Counted from the first letter of the stretch, positions 22,201-31,231 are shown. The stretch is 31,515 bases of DNA from Coleofasciculus chthonoplastes F2-STO-03 (GCA_040222015.1 JAVJWO010000126.1:1-31515); one strand, 5' to 3'. The notes: generated from the sequence alone by a model not told the origin. Program-made: numbers and translations.

Positions 22201-22296
22201 CGTAGCAATTAGTAGACAAGTTCTGAGATTATTCATACTCTGCAATGATTGTAAATGTTGGATTATCGTGTCACATTGCCAATTTTCACAACACAT
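19267..22296 (-). CDS. TPR-repeat CHAT (caspase/HetF-like) protease
   Basis: About 11 tandem 40-aa TPR units; ERAKAR; IVPHGILHYLPF, LHLAVHG (His), VLSACQT (Cys), SLWNVDD, HPYFWAAF; alternative start 22236 gives a signal-like N-terminus. Confidence 0.92.
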   Translation of the reverse strand: MCCENWQCDTIIQHLQSLQSMNNLRTCLLIATLIPVFGLTLVTVPPIAKTSLAQTQNSQEEELQKLLQQAVQQREQRQALQSIETFQQALAIARQLKERELEAIILSNIGFAYNTLGQPQKALDFYKQALPIYKEVGDRSGEATILNNIGEVYYGMGQPQKALEDYNKALPIFQEVGDRSGEAAALNNIGRVYYVLGQLQQALDYYNQALPILQEVGDRFAEATTLNNIGSIYHVQGKLRQALEYYEKVVSISHEVNDTLGAATTLGNIGGVYYVLGQPQKALDYFNQALPIFQEAKNRSEEATILNNIGRVYHTIGQPQKALDFYNQALPILREVKNRSMEATTLNNIGGVYDGIGQLQKALKYYNQALPIFQKVGERSGVATTQNNIGRVYDRIGQPQKALDYYNQALSIFREVGNRSEEATTLNNIGRVYDDRGETQQALNFYNHALLIREEVGDHSGKATTLNNIGIVYNDRGETQQALDYYNQALSIFQEVGNRSVEWITLGNLGFLSENQGETEDAIKYYTQAIEVKESIQSEIKVDELKASFASHQIDLYERLINLLWNKSDFKDAFNYVERAKARAFLDQLANGQIDFRAGADSKLLQQEQTLKNQIIALRQQLITLHNRPRNKWDADTIAQTETQIASLEKNYQDLLLQLKIQSPETADLITVDVASLSEIQDLLDADTTLIEYFVTEDRTLAFIITQNSFQTVTLNVTRKQLKDELTLFRDLGDIDEAHPQELQNLHDWLITPLQPHLNTAKIAIVPHGILHYLPFAALTDGNRYFSDNYALSTLPSASILRFLPEKRKSQTNSVLALGDADVPGLSPLNFARKEVQTIAQLFNSQPLLGKTATETSVWSKATQSGILHLAVHGEYNTNNALFSAIRLAGDTENDGRLEVHEVYGLDLTTTTNLVVLSACQTKIGELNKGDEVVGLNRAFLYAGTPTVIASLWNVDDAATGLLMERFYTHWQAGMSKAEALRQAQIEVRKDYPHPYFWAAFSLTGDGGR
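20740..22010 (-). repeat. Intragenic 120-nt tandem repeat encoding the TPR units
   Basis: ATATTAYT-like motif recurs every 120 nt from about 20891 to 21971. Confidence 0.9.
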
Positions 22297-22310
22297 CTAT
22301 TGAGGCAATA

Positions 22311-23498
22311 TTATGATAACTCTGCCAGTCGTTCTGCCACTTTGTTAACCTGTTGCTGATCCTCCAACTGCTCATAAATTGCCTTCGCTTCCTCCAGCAA
22401 AGCCACTCCTTCTTCCCGATGATACCCACGGGCATACGTGACTTCACCTAATCCGGCTGTCGCTGCGGCTACTTCGTCTAAATTTTCCGCCGCTTTCGCC
22501 AGTTCCAGTGCTTTTAAATAGTGCGTCTCCGGTGTGAGAATGAATCCAATCCGCCAATACAAATCCCCCAACCAGCGATAAACTGAAGCGCTTTTCTCCT
22601 CTGTCTCCAGCGCTTCTAGAGTTTCAATTGCTTTAGCGTTTAAATTGTACTCAGCATAGAGTTCAGCTAATGCTAATGCCCGTACATCATTGGGTAAATC
22701 CTCTGCCTCAATCCGCTGGACAATTTCTTGCACCGCCTCAGCATTTTCGGGATCAATCAGGTCAAATCCTACTCCTACACTTCCTTCCTCAGTGGATTTT
22801 CGGTCTGTATCTGTTTTCACCACTAGCTTATATTTGGTTTCTAACTGTAGAGGTGGATCACCAGGATAGACGACTTCACAGATACCATTTACACAAACAT
22901 CCTCTCGGCTATAGTTCTCTGTCCAATTCAAATCTCTCCCTCTCACTATCACCGTGAAACGTTGAGCATTTGCTGCTTCATGCCAACGCAATGTTGGCTG
23001 ATCAGTGATAATAGCAGTTGCCCGGGGACTAATAATATAAGGAATATGGGAATCTTCATCGCCCCGACGCGGAGTACTAATACCATCAACTTCTGTTGGT
23101 CGTGGTGGACAAATTCCATTCACCCCCGTACTCACTCCAGCAGGTATAGAACGGGTTTTTCCATCAACAGCACATAAAATTCTCGCTCTCACTCCAGATG
23201 CAGGTTTAATAATATCGCCAGGACGCAATTCTGTGTATTGCGACACTGGACGAAATCGCGACGCACCTGCCCGTTTAAATTCTACTGTTCCTGTTTTTTC
23301 AACAATTCGATTTTTCGCTTGCGCTATCGCTGCATTGTACGGATTTGCATTGGCTGGCTGCATTAAAAAGCTATCACTTCCACAACTCAAAAATGCCACG
23401 ATTAAGGTTAGGGAAACTCTGCCCATTTTTGCCAGGGGCGAGGGCGCACGTCGGTGCGCCCCTACGATTTTTGCGGTTTGAATACACTGTTTCTGCAT
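22311..23498 (-). CDS. Putative exported protein: beta-rich N-domain, Ig/DUF928-like middle, C-terminal TPR-like helices
   Basis: Hydrophobic SLTLIVAFLSC and ANA site; PYIISPR...PTLRW; helical TPR-like tail; ATG overlaps the upstream stop (TAATG) with GGAG upstream. Confidence 0.78.
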   Translation of the reverse strand: MQKQCIQTAKIVGAHRRAPSPLAKMGRVSLTLIVAFLSCGSDSFLMQPANANPYNAAIAQAKNRIVEKTGTVEFKRAGASRFRPVSQYTELRPGDIIKPASGVRARILCAVDGKTRSIPAGVSTGVNGICPPRPTEVDGISTPRRGDEDSHIPYIISPRATAIITDQPTLRWHEAANAQRFTVIVRGRDLNWTENYSREDVCVNGICEVVYPGDPPLQLETKYKLVVKTDTDRKSTEEGSVGVGFDLIDPENAEAVQEIVQRIEAEDLPNDVRALALAELYAEYNLNAKAIETLEALETEEKSASVYRWLGDLYWRIGFILTPETHYLKALELAKAAENLDEVAAATAGLGEVTYARGYHREEGVALLEEAKAIYEQLEDQQQVNKVAERLAELS

Positions 23499-24718
23499 TA
23501 GTTTTTCTCCTGATTATCAATTCGTTGACGCGCTAAATTTATCCAAGCATCTTCATCCGGATTGCGTCCATCGGCATATCCCAGACAGGTTTCCCATACT
23601 GGCAAAGCGCTTTTTTTGGCGTCCTGCTTCTCCAACACTTGTGCTAACAAACAATGAGCTGAGGCGGATGTTTGGTTTAATTCAATTGCATCTCTGAGAT
23701 GGGTTTCTGCCTCCGCGTAACGTTTTTGCTTAAATCTTGCCCAACCCAAATTCTTCAAAAAAGCATACCTCACCTCTGGACTATCCTCTGGTAGGTAATT
23801 TAATCGGCTTAACAGTAATGATACGGCTTCCGCATATTTTCGATCCCGAATGTACAACCGACCGAGTTCATTATATGCGGCATCTAAATGTCCCTGTACT
23901 GCTAACCGATACTGCTTCTTTGCCTTATCAAACTCTTGTAAATCTTCATAGAGATGTCCTAAATTATAATGAGCTTTTTCATGATCCGGATCAAGTTTCA
24001 GCGCCCGTTCATAATCAGACATGGCACTTGACCAGTCTCCATCAATATAATTGTCCAACCCTCGTTCATTAAAAAAGTCAGAAATCTGCGGTAACGACGC
24101 CCGAAACCCGACTAACCCGACTAACAAACACCCCGATACTCCCAGCTTCACCCCTTGCCAAAAATACTTTCTAATCCCCAATTGCCACAGCACCCGCTCA
24201 ATTCCTGTCCGTCCCGCTTTGGTTAAAACACCCCCGACGGTAAACAAGGTTAAGGTACTCTGAGAAATAATCGCCAATGAACCCAAAACCCCAGGACTTG
24301 TTGTCCAAAACCGGGAGGAAATATCCACAACCAAACTCAAAGAAGCGGTGAGAGAGGAAACCGTCAACGCATTCCACAACCAATCAAAATGAGTTAAGCG
24401 AGGATCAGGAACTTCCAGAAACCACCACCAATGGGCTTCAGGGGGATTGAAACTTGCCCGCCAGTCTACCAAGGAAACGGTTTGGGTAATGCTTCCGGCT
24501 AAGTCTTTCAAGCAATTATCCAACTGAATCAGGGTAATCAGTTTATCTTCGGGAACGTGACTCACCTCCGTCAGCGCCTGTTGCACCGCATCGCGAGCAA
24601 TCAAAACACTGATAATAGTTTTCGAGGTTAAGGTTTCAGCCGCTTTGTCCAGAACCGTTAATGTCTCACGATAACGGTTTAGCGCGGCATCTAATGGCGA
24701 TGTAGATGTATCATTCAT
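23498..24718 (-). CDS. Membrane-anchored TPR protein with unknown N-terminal helical domain
   Basis: VLIARD...PPEAHWWWFLE N-domain, 2-3 hydrophobic segments, TPRs AHYNLGHLYE, AYNELGRLY, KNLGWARF. Confidence 0.82.
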   Translation of the reverse strand: MNDTSTSPLDAALNRYRETLTVLDKAAETLTSKTIISVLIARDAVQQALTEVSHVPEDKLITLIQLDNCLKDLAGSITQTVSLVDWRASFNPPEAHWWWFLEVPDPRLTHFDWLWNALTVSSLTASLSLVVDISSRFWTTSPGVLGSLAIISQSTLTLFTVGGVLTKAGRTGIERVLWQLGIRKYFWQGVKLGVSGCLLVGLVGFRASLPQISDFFNERGLDNYIDGDWSSAMSDYERALKLDPDHEKAHYNLGHLYEDLQEFDKAKKQYRLAVQGHLDAAYNELGRLYIRDRKYAEAVSLLLSRLNYLPEDSPEVRYAFLKNLGWARFKQKRYAEAETHLRDAIELNQTSASAHCLLAQVLEKQDAKKSALPVWETCLGYADGRNPDEDAWINLARQRIDNQEKN

Positions 24719-25079
24719 CTAGCACTCCTGTCTCTTGGTATGAAAGGGATAGATTTTGCTAGTTTTATAACATTCTTTCCACAACGTTAGCACAGAAAAC
24801 TCAAGCCGCAAACCCCAAGCTTATTAATCAATAAATGATGGGATAATTTGGCTAAGTAATTTGATTAGAAAATTAAATATTTTTTTACAATTTATCCATG
24901 TACTTACAAGTTTTGTAACGTTTTTGGCTGACTAATGTAACATGAATTTAAGTGATCGCTCTCATTTATAGCTTCCAGATTAATTCAGCCAGCCCGACAA
25001 TAGCGATCGCCTCACACGAGTGGACGCAAGAACGTCGTGATCCGGCAATACCCAATCGTCATCCTTTCCATCTCACCGA

Positions 25080-25149
25080 ATCGGGGCGGGCGCGAGTCAC
25101 ATCAGGGTGAGGCGAAGAAACGATAATAGTAAAACCCGCCCCTACAGAT
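25080..25149 (-). repeat. 70-bp GTAGGGGCGGG...CCCGCCCC dispersed repeat, copy A
   Basis: Reverse complement closely matches 28962-29029. Confidence 0.75.
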
Positions 25150-25278
25150 ACCTCTGGAATATTCCCGCACCCGATTCCCGCGATAATCACCCATAGACCG
25201 CAACCCAGTTGAAGAAGCACCGGATGCACTGTAACACTTATAAGGGCATACCATTCTATCCTGAGTGAGCAGACCACA

Positions 25279-26637
25279 GTGCAGTTTTTAACCCTAGGTA
25301 TTTTTTCGATCAGTGTCCTTTGGCTGATTAGCGGTGCGGTTTTCTTCACCCTGCGGATGAAATTTATTAACATCCGGGGCTTTTGGCACGCAATTGAGGT
25401 GTTACGAGGAAAGTATGATGATCCGACAGAAGCCGGGGAGGTGTCTCATTTTCAAGCCCTGGCAACGGCGCTTTCGGCTACTGTGGGATTGGGTAATATT
25501 GCTGGAGTCGCGATCGCGATTAGTTTAGGGGGTCCCGGTGCGGTGGTGTGGATGACGCTGGGGGGACTGTTTGGGATGACGAGTAAGTTTGTTGAATGTA
25601 CTCTGGGTCAGAAATATCGCGTAATTAAACCCGATGGTACCGTGGCTGGGGGTCCAATGTACTATTTGTCGGCGGGTTTGGCGGAAATGGGACATCAGAA
25701 CCTGGGGAAGGTGTTAGCCGTTATCTTCTCCATTCTGGGTATTTGTGGCGCATTTGGCGGCGCGAGTATGTTTCAGGCAAACCAATCTTATGCAGCGATA
25801 ACTATAGTTGTACCCTGGTTTGTGGGGCGCAGTTGGCTTTATGGCTTGATTCTGGTTTGTTTCGTGGGAATGGTGATTATTGGTGGGATTAAACGGATTG
25901 GTCAAGTGGCTGGTGCGATTGTCCCGGCGATGTGTGTGATTTACTTTTTGGCGGCGCTTTGGATTCTGGTGACGAATTTTATGGAAATTCCAACCGCGAT
26001 GCTGACGATTGTTAACGGCGCATTATCTCCAGAGGCGGTGGAAGGGGGAGTGTTTGGCGTGATGATTCAGGGATTAAGGCGTTCGGCGTTTTCTAATGAA
26101 GCGGGGGTAGGTTCAGCCGCGATCGCACATTCCGCCGCCAGAACCCAAGAACCTGTGCGGGAGGGGATTGTCGCCCTCTTGGAACCGTTTATTGATACGG
26201 TGGTGATCTGTAATATGACGGCGTTAGTGATTGTGATTACAGGCGTCTATCGCAATCCCGAATTTACTCAACTCAGTGGCGCGGAAGTCACCTCAGCCGC
26301 CTTTGGTACAGCGATTTCCTGGTTTCCCCTTATGCTTGCGATCGCGATTTTCTTTTTTGCTTTCTCGACGATGATTTCCTGGAGTTATTACGGCGAACGC
26401 TGTTGGGATTATTTGTTTGGGCAGAATAATTTAATACTCTATAAGGTGTTGTTTATCCTGGCGGTTTTTACGGGTGCGGTTTTAAGTTCGGGTGTGGTGA
26501 TTAATTTTAGCGATGGCATGTTAATCGCTATGTCGTTTCCCAATTTACTCGGCGCTTATTTTTTATCGGGTCAAGTGGCTGGGGATTTAGATCAGTATAT
26601 GCGGCGATTAAATAAAGGATTGGCTACAGCGCAATGA
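25279..26637 (+). CDS. Alanine/glycine:cation symporter (AgcS/AlsT family)
   Basis: SHFQALATALSATVGLGNIAGVA, GGPGAVVWM, GGPMYY, FSNEAGVGS, FIDTVVIC; start uncertain. Confidence 0.92.
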   Translation: MQFLTLGIFSISVLWLISGAVFFTLRMKFINIRGFWHAIEVLRGKYDDPTEAGEVSHFQALATALSATVGLGNIAGVAIAISLGGPGAVVWMTLGGLFGMTSKFVECTLGQKYRVIKPDGTVAGGPMYYLSAGLAEMGHQNLGKVLAVIFSILGICGAFGGASMFQANQSYAAITIVVPWFVGRSWLYGLILVCFVGMVIIGGIKRIGQVAGAIVPAMCVIYFLAALWILVTNFMEIPTAMLTIVNGALSPEAVEGGVFGVMIQGLRRSAFSNEAGVGSAAIAHSAARTQEPVREGIVALLEPFIDTVVICNMTALVIVITGVYRNPEFTQLSGAEVTSAAFGTAISWFPLMLAIAIFFFAFSTMISWSYYGERCWDYLFGQNNLILYKVLFILAVFTGAVLSSGVVINFSDGMLIAMSFPNLLGAYFLSGQVAGDLDQYMRRLNKGLATAQ

Positions 26638-26654
26638 TATTCATGTCCAACAAA

Positions 26655-26869
26655 CTGGGCGGTTGAAACCGCAGCTATACAAACGAAACCCGCGCAGGCG
26701 GGTTTCCACACTCTTACAGGGGTTTTCAAGTTAGTATACTACAAAGCATCATTGAGTAAAGAAGCAAGTGGCTATGATTTTGTCTCCCATAAACGTGAAA
26801 AGTGCTGTAATTTTTCCTTAGTCCGCGTAGGCGGACTTTGTTTGTTTAGCCGCGATTTACAATCGCCAG
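26655..26869. mobile_element. MITE-like element with about 50-bp imperfect TIRs, interrupted by a second MITE
   Basis: Left GGCGGTTGAAACCGCAGCTATACAAACGAAACCCGC vs right reverse complement GGCGATTGTAAATCGCGGCTAAACAAACAAAGTCCGC. Confidence 0.65.
26715..26809. mobile_element. 95-bp TA-ended MITE of the same TIR type as 19149-19254
   Basis: TACAGGGGTTTTCAAGTT ... AACGTGAAAAGTGCTGTA. Confidence 0.65.
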
Positions 26870-26893
26870 GGCTTAAGGCTTAAGTTAACTAAC

Positions 26894-28861
26894 TTAAGCA
26901 AACATCTCGTCTATTAAATCTATATACTGTTCCCTAACTACATGACGCTTAATTTTAAGCGTTTGAGTTAACATACCATTCTCTTGAGAAAAGGGTTCTG
27001 TAATCAAGCGAAATACACCAATTCGGTCATTGGGATTATAACCAGGACGATTTTTCGCTTCTCGATTGATTTCTTGGCGGAAAAATTCCTGAACGGGTTT
27101 GCTATTTAAATCAATCGTTTCCTCACCGGAAGCAGATTCCTCATCGGGAAGTTGCAAGTGATACTGATTCTGTTCTGCCCACCCTTGTAAGTTATCGAAA
27201 TTCGGTACAATTAAAGCGCCTAGTGATCGCTGATCTTGACCCACCACCACCATCTGATCAATATAACGACTCCGCATACAGGCATTTTCTATCGGTTTCG
27301 GTTCTACATTCTCACCATTACTTAGGACAATTGTATCCTTGGCGCGTCCGGTTAAAACTAAGTCTTCTTGAACCGTTAACCAACCCAAGTCTTCGGTATT
27401 AAACCACCCTTGGGCGTCAATCACTTTATCAGTGGCTTCCGGATTGCGATAATAACCCTGCATGATTTGAGAACCCCGCGCCCAGACTAATCCTTTTTCT
27501 CCGTGGCGAATGGTTTCTCTGGTGTCTGGATCAACAATACGAATTTCTGTCTCTAGAATCGGTTTACCCGCAGAACCCCGCAGGTTATGCCAAGAACGAC
27601 GGGCGGTGAGAACGGGCGAGGTTTCGGTTAAACCATAACCTTCAAGAACCTCAATGCCAATTATTTCATAAAAATCATCTAATTTCTGGGAAAGTGCGCC
27701 GCCTCCACAGATGGTTTGCTTTAAGTTGGCACCGATTTGTTCGCGGATTTTCTTGTAGATGAATCGGTCAGCTAATGCATGAATCAGAACTAATGTCAAG
27801 CATTGAAATCTAGCCCAGAGGCGTTGGAATCCAGAAGGCTGCTGCTGTTCTAAACTTAAGCCATTAACAAGGCGACGGGCTTGAATATAGCGATCGCTAA
27901 TCGAGAATAGGATATTAACTAGGCGCTGTTTTCCGGCAGATTCTTTACTTAGCTGCTTTTGTACCGTCTCATAAATCGATTCCAATAAACGGGGAACTGA
28001 GACAAAATAATTAGGGTGTTGAGCATTCAGATCCCGCTTAACCTGGCGCAGCGTGGTATAAACCAGGGTACAGCCTTGGGAGAGGGCAAAGTATTCAATG
28101 GCGCGTTCATAAACATGCCAAGGAGGGAGAATACTCAAGACGCGATCGCCTGCTTCTAGTTGTACAATTGCACCCAAGCTAGTGACTTGATGCAATAGGT
28201 TGCCATGAGTGAGCATAACACCCTTGGGTTTCCCGGTGGTGCCAGAGGTATAAACTAAGGCGGCGAGGGTGTCAGGAGTTTGTTCAATCGGTTGAAATGT
28301 GTGATTGTTTCCCTGTTCCAACACCTGGGGAAAATTGAGGATATTCAACTCCGACTCAGCATCTGGTTCCTGATCGGATAATAAAATAACCAGTTGAATC
28401 GGCAAATCGTGCAAATGCTGATGCAGCTTGGTTAAAGTATCCTGATTTTCCACAACTAAGGCAGTTGCTTCACTATCCTTAAGGATATAGAGAAGTTCCT
28501 CTTGTTCCGCTTGAGAACTTCGCACCACATCAACCGCCCCAGTGGTCATAATACCTTGGTCAGCAACAAACCAGCGGGAACTATTTTCTGAAAACAACGC
28601 CACCCGATCGCCCGCCGAGACGCCTAATGCTTGTAATCCAGCCGCAAACTGCTGAATGTGCTGCCACATCTGGGCAAAGGTTAGCTTGACTTCGGGTTTA
28701 GCGTAAGGGTTGTGTAAGGCGACAGTATCCCCAAATCGCTGGGCGGCTAACGACCAAACCTCTGGTAATGATGATATAGAGTTGTAATCGGCTTGGTGTT
28801 CCAGATTTTGGCGTTCTGGGGGTGTGGGTTGAGACGCGATCGCAATAGCTGGGGCATTCAT
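26894..28861 (-). CDS. Long-chain fatty acid-CoA/ACP ligase (Aas/FadD-like AMP-binding enzyme)
   Basis: YTSGTTGKPKG, GYGLTETSP, GWFNTEDLG, GRAKDTIVLSNGENVEP. Confidence 0.92.
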   Translation of the reverse strand: MNAPAIAIASQPTPPERQNLEHQADYNSISSLPEVWSLAAQRFGDTVALHNPYAKPEVKLTFAQMWQHIQQFAAGLQALGVSAGDRVALFSENSSRWFVADQGIMTTGAVDVVRSSQAEQEELLYILKDSEATALVVENQDTLTKLHQHLHDLPIQLVILLSDQEPDAESELNILNFPQVLEQGNNHTFQPIEQTPDTLAALVYTSGTTGKPKGVMLTHGNLLHQVTSLGAIVQLEAGDRVLSILPPWHVYERAIEYFALSQGCTLVYTTLRQVKRDLNAQHPNYFVSVPRLLESIYETVQKQLSKESAGKQRLVNILFSISDRYIQARRLVNGLSLEQQQPSGFQRLWARFQCLTLVLIHALADRFIYKKIREQIGANLKQTICGGGALSQKLDDFYEIIGIEVLEGYGLTETSPVLTARRSWHNLRGSAGKPILETEIRIVDPDTRETIRHGEKGLVWARGSQIMQGYYRNPEATDKVIDAQGWFNTEDLGWLTVQEDLVLTGRAKDTIVLSNGENVEPKPIENACMRSRYIDQMVVVGQDQRSLGALIVPNFDNLQGWAEQNQYHLQLPDEESASGEETIDLNSKPVQEFFRQEINREAKNRPGYNPNDRIGVFRLITEPFSQENGMLTQTLKIKRHVVREQYIDLIDEMFA

Positions 28862-28876
28862 GGGAGTGTTGAGTGT

Positions 28877-29029
28877 GTAGGGGCGGGTTTAGAGACTTTC
28901 GTTTGGTGATGAATGATAACCTTTGGGCAGAAACCGCCCTTTGTTTAAGTTTGACGTTTGAATCTGTAGTGGCGGGTTTCACAATTAGCGTTTCTTACCT
29001 CTCCCAGATGTGACTAAACCCGCCCCGAT
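28877..29029. repeat. Two GTAG(G/T)GGCGGGTTT...CCGCCC long-loop repeats; the second (28962-29029) is copy B of 25080-25149
   Basis: Inverted GGGCGGGTTT/AAACC(C)GCCC arms. Confidence 0.75.
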
Positions 29030-29087
29030 CTAGTGATTTTATATCCTCCTTAGTTACTTGCAGTCATTCAAGATGCCAATGGTTTGA

Positions 29088-29195
29088 TAAGCTGTCATGC
29101 ATTTAAATTGGGTATTAGTAGCGAGCTTTCTGGCTCGCACTACAAGGATTTTGCCATTATTGACATTAAGGTTTATTTAAATGCCGAACAGCTTA
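29088..29195. mobile_element. 108-bp TA-ended MITE with internal REP-like palindrome
   Basis: TIRs TAAGCTGTCATGCATTTAAAT / ATTTAAATGCCGAACAGCTTA; inner GTAGCGAGC...GCTCGCACTAC. Confidence 0.72.
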
Positions 29196-29411
29196 GTAGC
29201 AATTTATAGAACTTGATGATCGTTAGGTTTTAAAACTAGGGTTTAGCGCCTCACTAATCCGCCTCAGATGTCTGAGAGGACGGAAAAATGATGCACACTC
29301 AATAACAAGCCTACTAATTCTCATCAGAGGATTACTTCTACCTTAAGTTAGGGTTAAGGGGTAGGAGTGCTAATCAGGGTTGCCCGAAAAATCTGCCCAT
29401 AGTCGTAACGG

Positions 29412-29638
29412 ATCATTAGTCATTAGTCATTAGTCATTGGTCATTTGTTATTCGTCATTAGTCATTGGTCAGGGAAAAGGGAACAGGGAAAAGTGTAAGG
29501 TAGAGTTTTGAGTTAACTCACGACTTCCCCAGCTCCCCCAGCTCCCCAACACCCGACACCCGACAGCCATCACCCCATCACCCCCAGCTCCCCCACACCC
29601 AACACCCGACACCCGACACCCATCACCCCATCACCCCC
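29412..29638. repeat. Mixed STRR tracts: (TCATTAG/TCATTGG)n, then CCCCAGCTC, CACCCGA and CACCCCAT units
   Basis: Direct reading of tandem units upstream of pyk. Confidence 0.85.
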
Positions 29639-29788
29639 TTTTCCAGAAAGTTGATCTATTCTTCATGACAGGTGTTCTCCTCCGCCATCCTGGATCACAA
29701 ATCATCCGGTTAGGCGAACGTTGAATTAGTAGGGGTGTGTAGACCCTGAAAATTAAACGCTACAGAGAACATCTGTTCTATTACCGTT

Positions 29789-31231
29789 ATGACCCAGTAT
29801 CTTATGCGTCGCACTAAAATTATCTGTACCATTGGACCGGCTACCGCCTCACCCGAACGCCTCGATGCCTTAATCGAAGCGGGGATGGATGTTTCCCGGT
29901 TAAACTTTTCCCACGGTTCCCATGAGTTTCACGGACAGACGATTCAGCAACTCCGAGCAATTAGTAGCCAACATCGCAAACCCCTCGCCCTGCTCCAAGA
30001 TTTATGCGGACCGAAAATTCGTCTGGGAAAACTGCCTCCCGATGGGATTAAGGTGCAAACGGGTGATGAAGTAACCTTTGTGTTAAACGAGGAAGGCAAC
30101 AATCCGGATGAGATTCCCTTGCCGATTCCCACCCTGTTTGCTATGGTGCGCGTGGGTGAACCGATTTCAATTAATGATGGTCGAGTCAAGCTGATAGTCA
30201 CGGAACGGGATACAGATAGTATTCGGGCATTGGTGAAAATTGGTGGACTCTTGTCTTCTAAAAAGGGGGTTAACTTACCTGAAACCTATTTACCTGTCAC
30301 CTCCGTCACCGAAAAAGACATGACCGATTTACGGTTTGGGTTGCAATCGGGGATTGACTGGGTGGCGGTGTCTTTTGTGCGAAGCGCCAGTGATTTAGAA
30401 CCCGTGCGGCGGATGATTGAAGCCGCAGGCGCGAAAACCCGTGTGATTGCCAAGATTGAAAAACGGGAAGCGGTGGAAAACTTAGAGGAAATCCTCCATA
30501 CTGCCGATGGAATTATGATTGCTCGCGGTGACTTGGGAGTTGAGACGCCATTGGATCGGGTACCTTTAATTCAAAAAGAAATTACTCGTCGCTGCAACCA
30601 ACTCGGTAAACCTGTAATTACAGCCACCCAGATGCTAGAGTCAATGATCAACGCTCCTGATCCGACGCGGGCTGAAGCCACAGATGTCGCCAACTCAATT
30701 TTAGATGGGACGGATGCGGTAATGCTTTCGGGTGAAACCGCCGTGGGAGAATATCCCATCGCTGCTGTGGAAATGATGAACAATATAGCTATCCAGACGG
30801 AAAAAGCCCTAGCCGAAGGATTGCAAACCGCGTCAGAGTTTCCCACTTGCAGTATTAGCACCACCGAATCTGTCGCTGAAGCCGCTTGTCATATTGCCAG
30901 TCAATTAGGCGCACGGGGAATTATGTGCAACACCTCATCCGGCGGTTCCGCCCGACTGGTGTCTAAGTATCGCCCCAAAACTCCGATTATTGCGTTTACA
31001 CCAGAAGAAAGTACCTATCGCCAGTTGGCTTTGTCTTGGGGAGTGCAACCTTACCTGATTTCCCCGGTACACAATGCTGAACAGATGTTAACTAATGTGG
31101 TGAATGCTGCGGTGGAGATGGAGTTAGCCGAATACGGAGACAAAGTGGTGATTACCTCCGGTGTTCCCATTGGTACGCCAGGAACCACGAGTTTGATCAA
31201 AGTTCACAAGATTGGACAGGCGATCGCATAA
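29789..31231 (+). CDS. pyk: Pyruvate kinase (no C-terminal PEP-utiliser extension)
   Basis: RRTKIICTIGPA, RLNFSHG, IAKIE, IMIARGDLGVE, ATQMLESM, DAVMLSGETA. Confidence 0.96.
   Translation: MTQYLMRRTKIICTIGPATASPERLDALIEAGMDVSRLNFSHGSHEFHGQTIQQLRAISSQHRKPLALLQDLCGPKIRLGKLPPDGIKVQTGDEVTFVLNEEGNNPDEIPLPIPTLFAMVRVGEPISINDGRVKLIVTERDTDSIRALVKIGGLLSSKKGVNLPETYLPVTSVTEKDMTDLRFGLQSGIDWVAVSFVRSASDLEPVRRMIEAAGAKTRVIAKIEKREAVENLEEILHTADGIMIARGDLGVETPLDRVPLIQKEITRRCNQLGKPVITATQMLESMINAPDPTRAEATDVANSILDGTDAVMLSGETAVGEYPIAAVEMMNNIAIQTEKALAEGLQTASEFPTCSISTTESVAEAACHIASQLGARGIMCNTSSGGSARLVSKYRPKTPIIAFTPEESTYRQLALSWGVQPYLISPVHNAEQMLTNVVNAAVEMELAEYGDKVVITSGVPIGTPGTTSLIKVHKIGQAIA

Noticed and set aside
24990..25278. 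Glycine or glutamine riboswitch upstream of the symporter
   Set aside because: No recognisable conserved aptamer motifs; the visible structure is explained by the dispersed repeat; an Rfam scan would settle it
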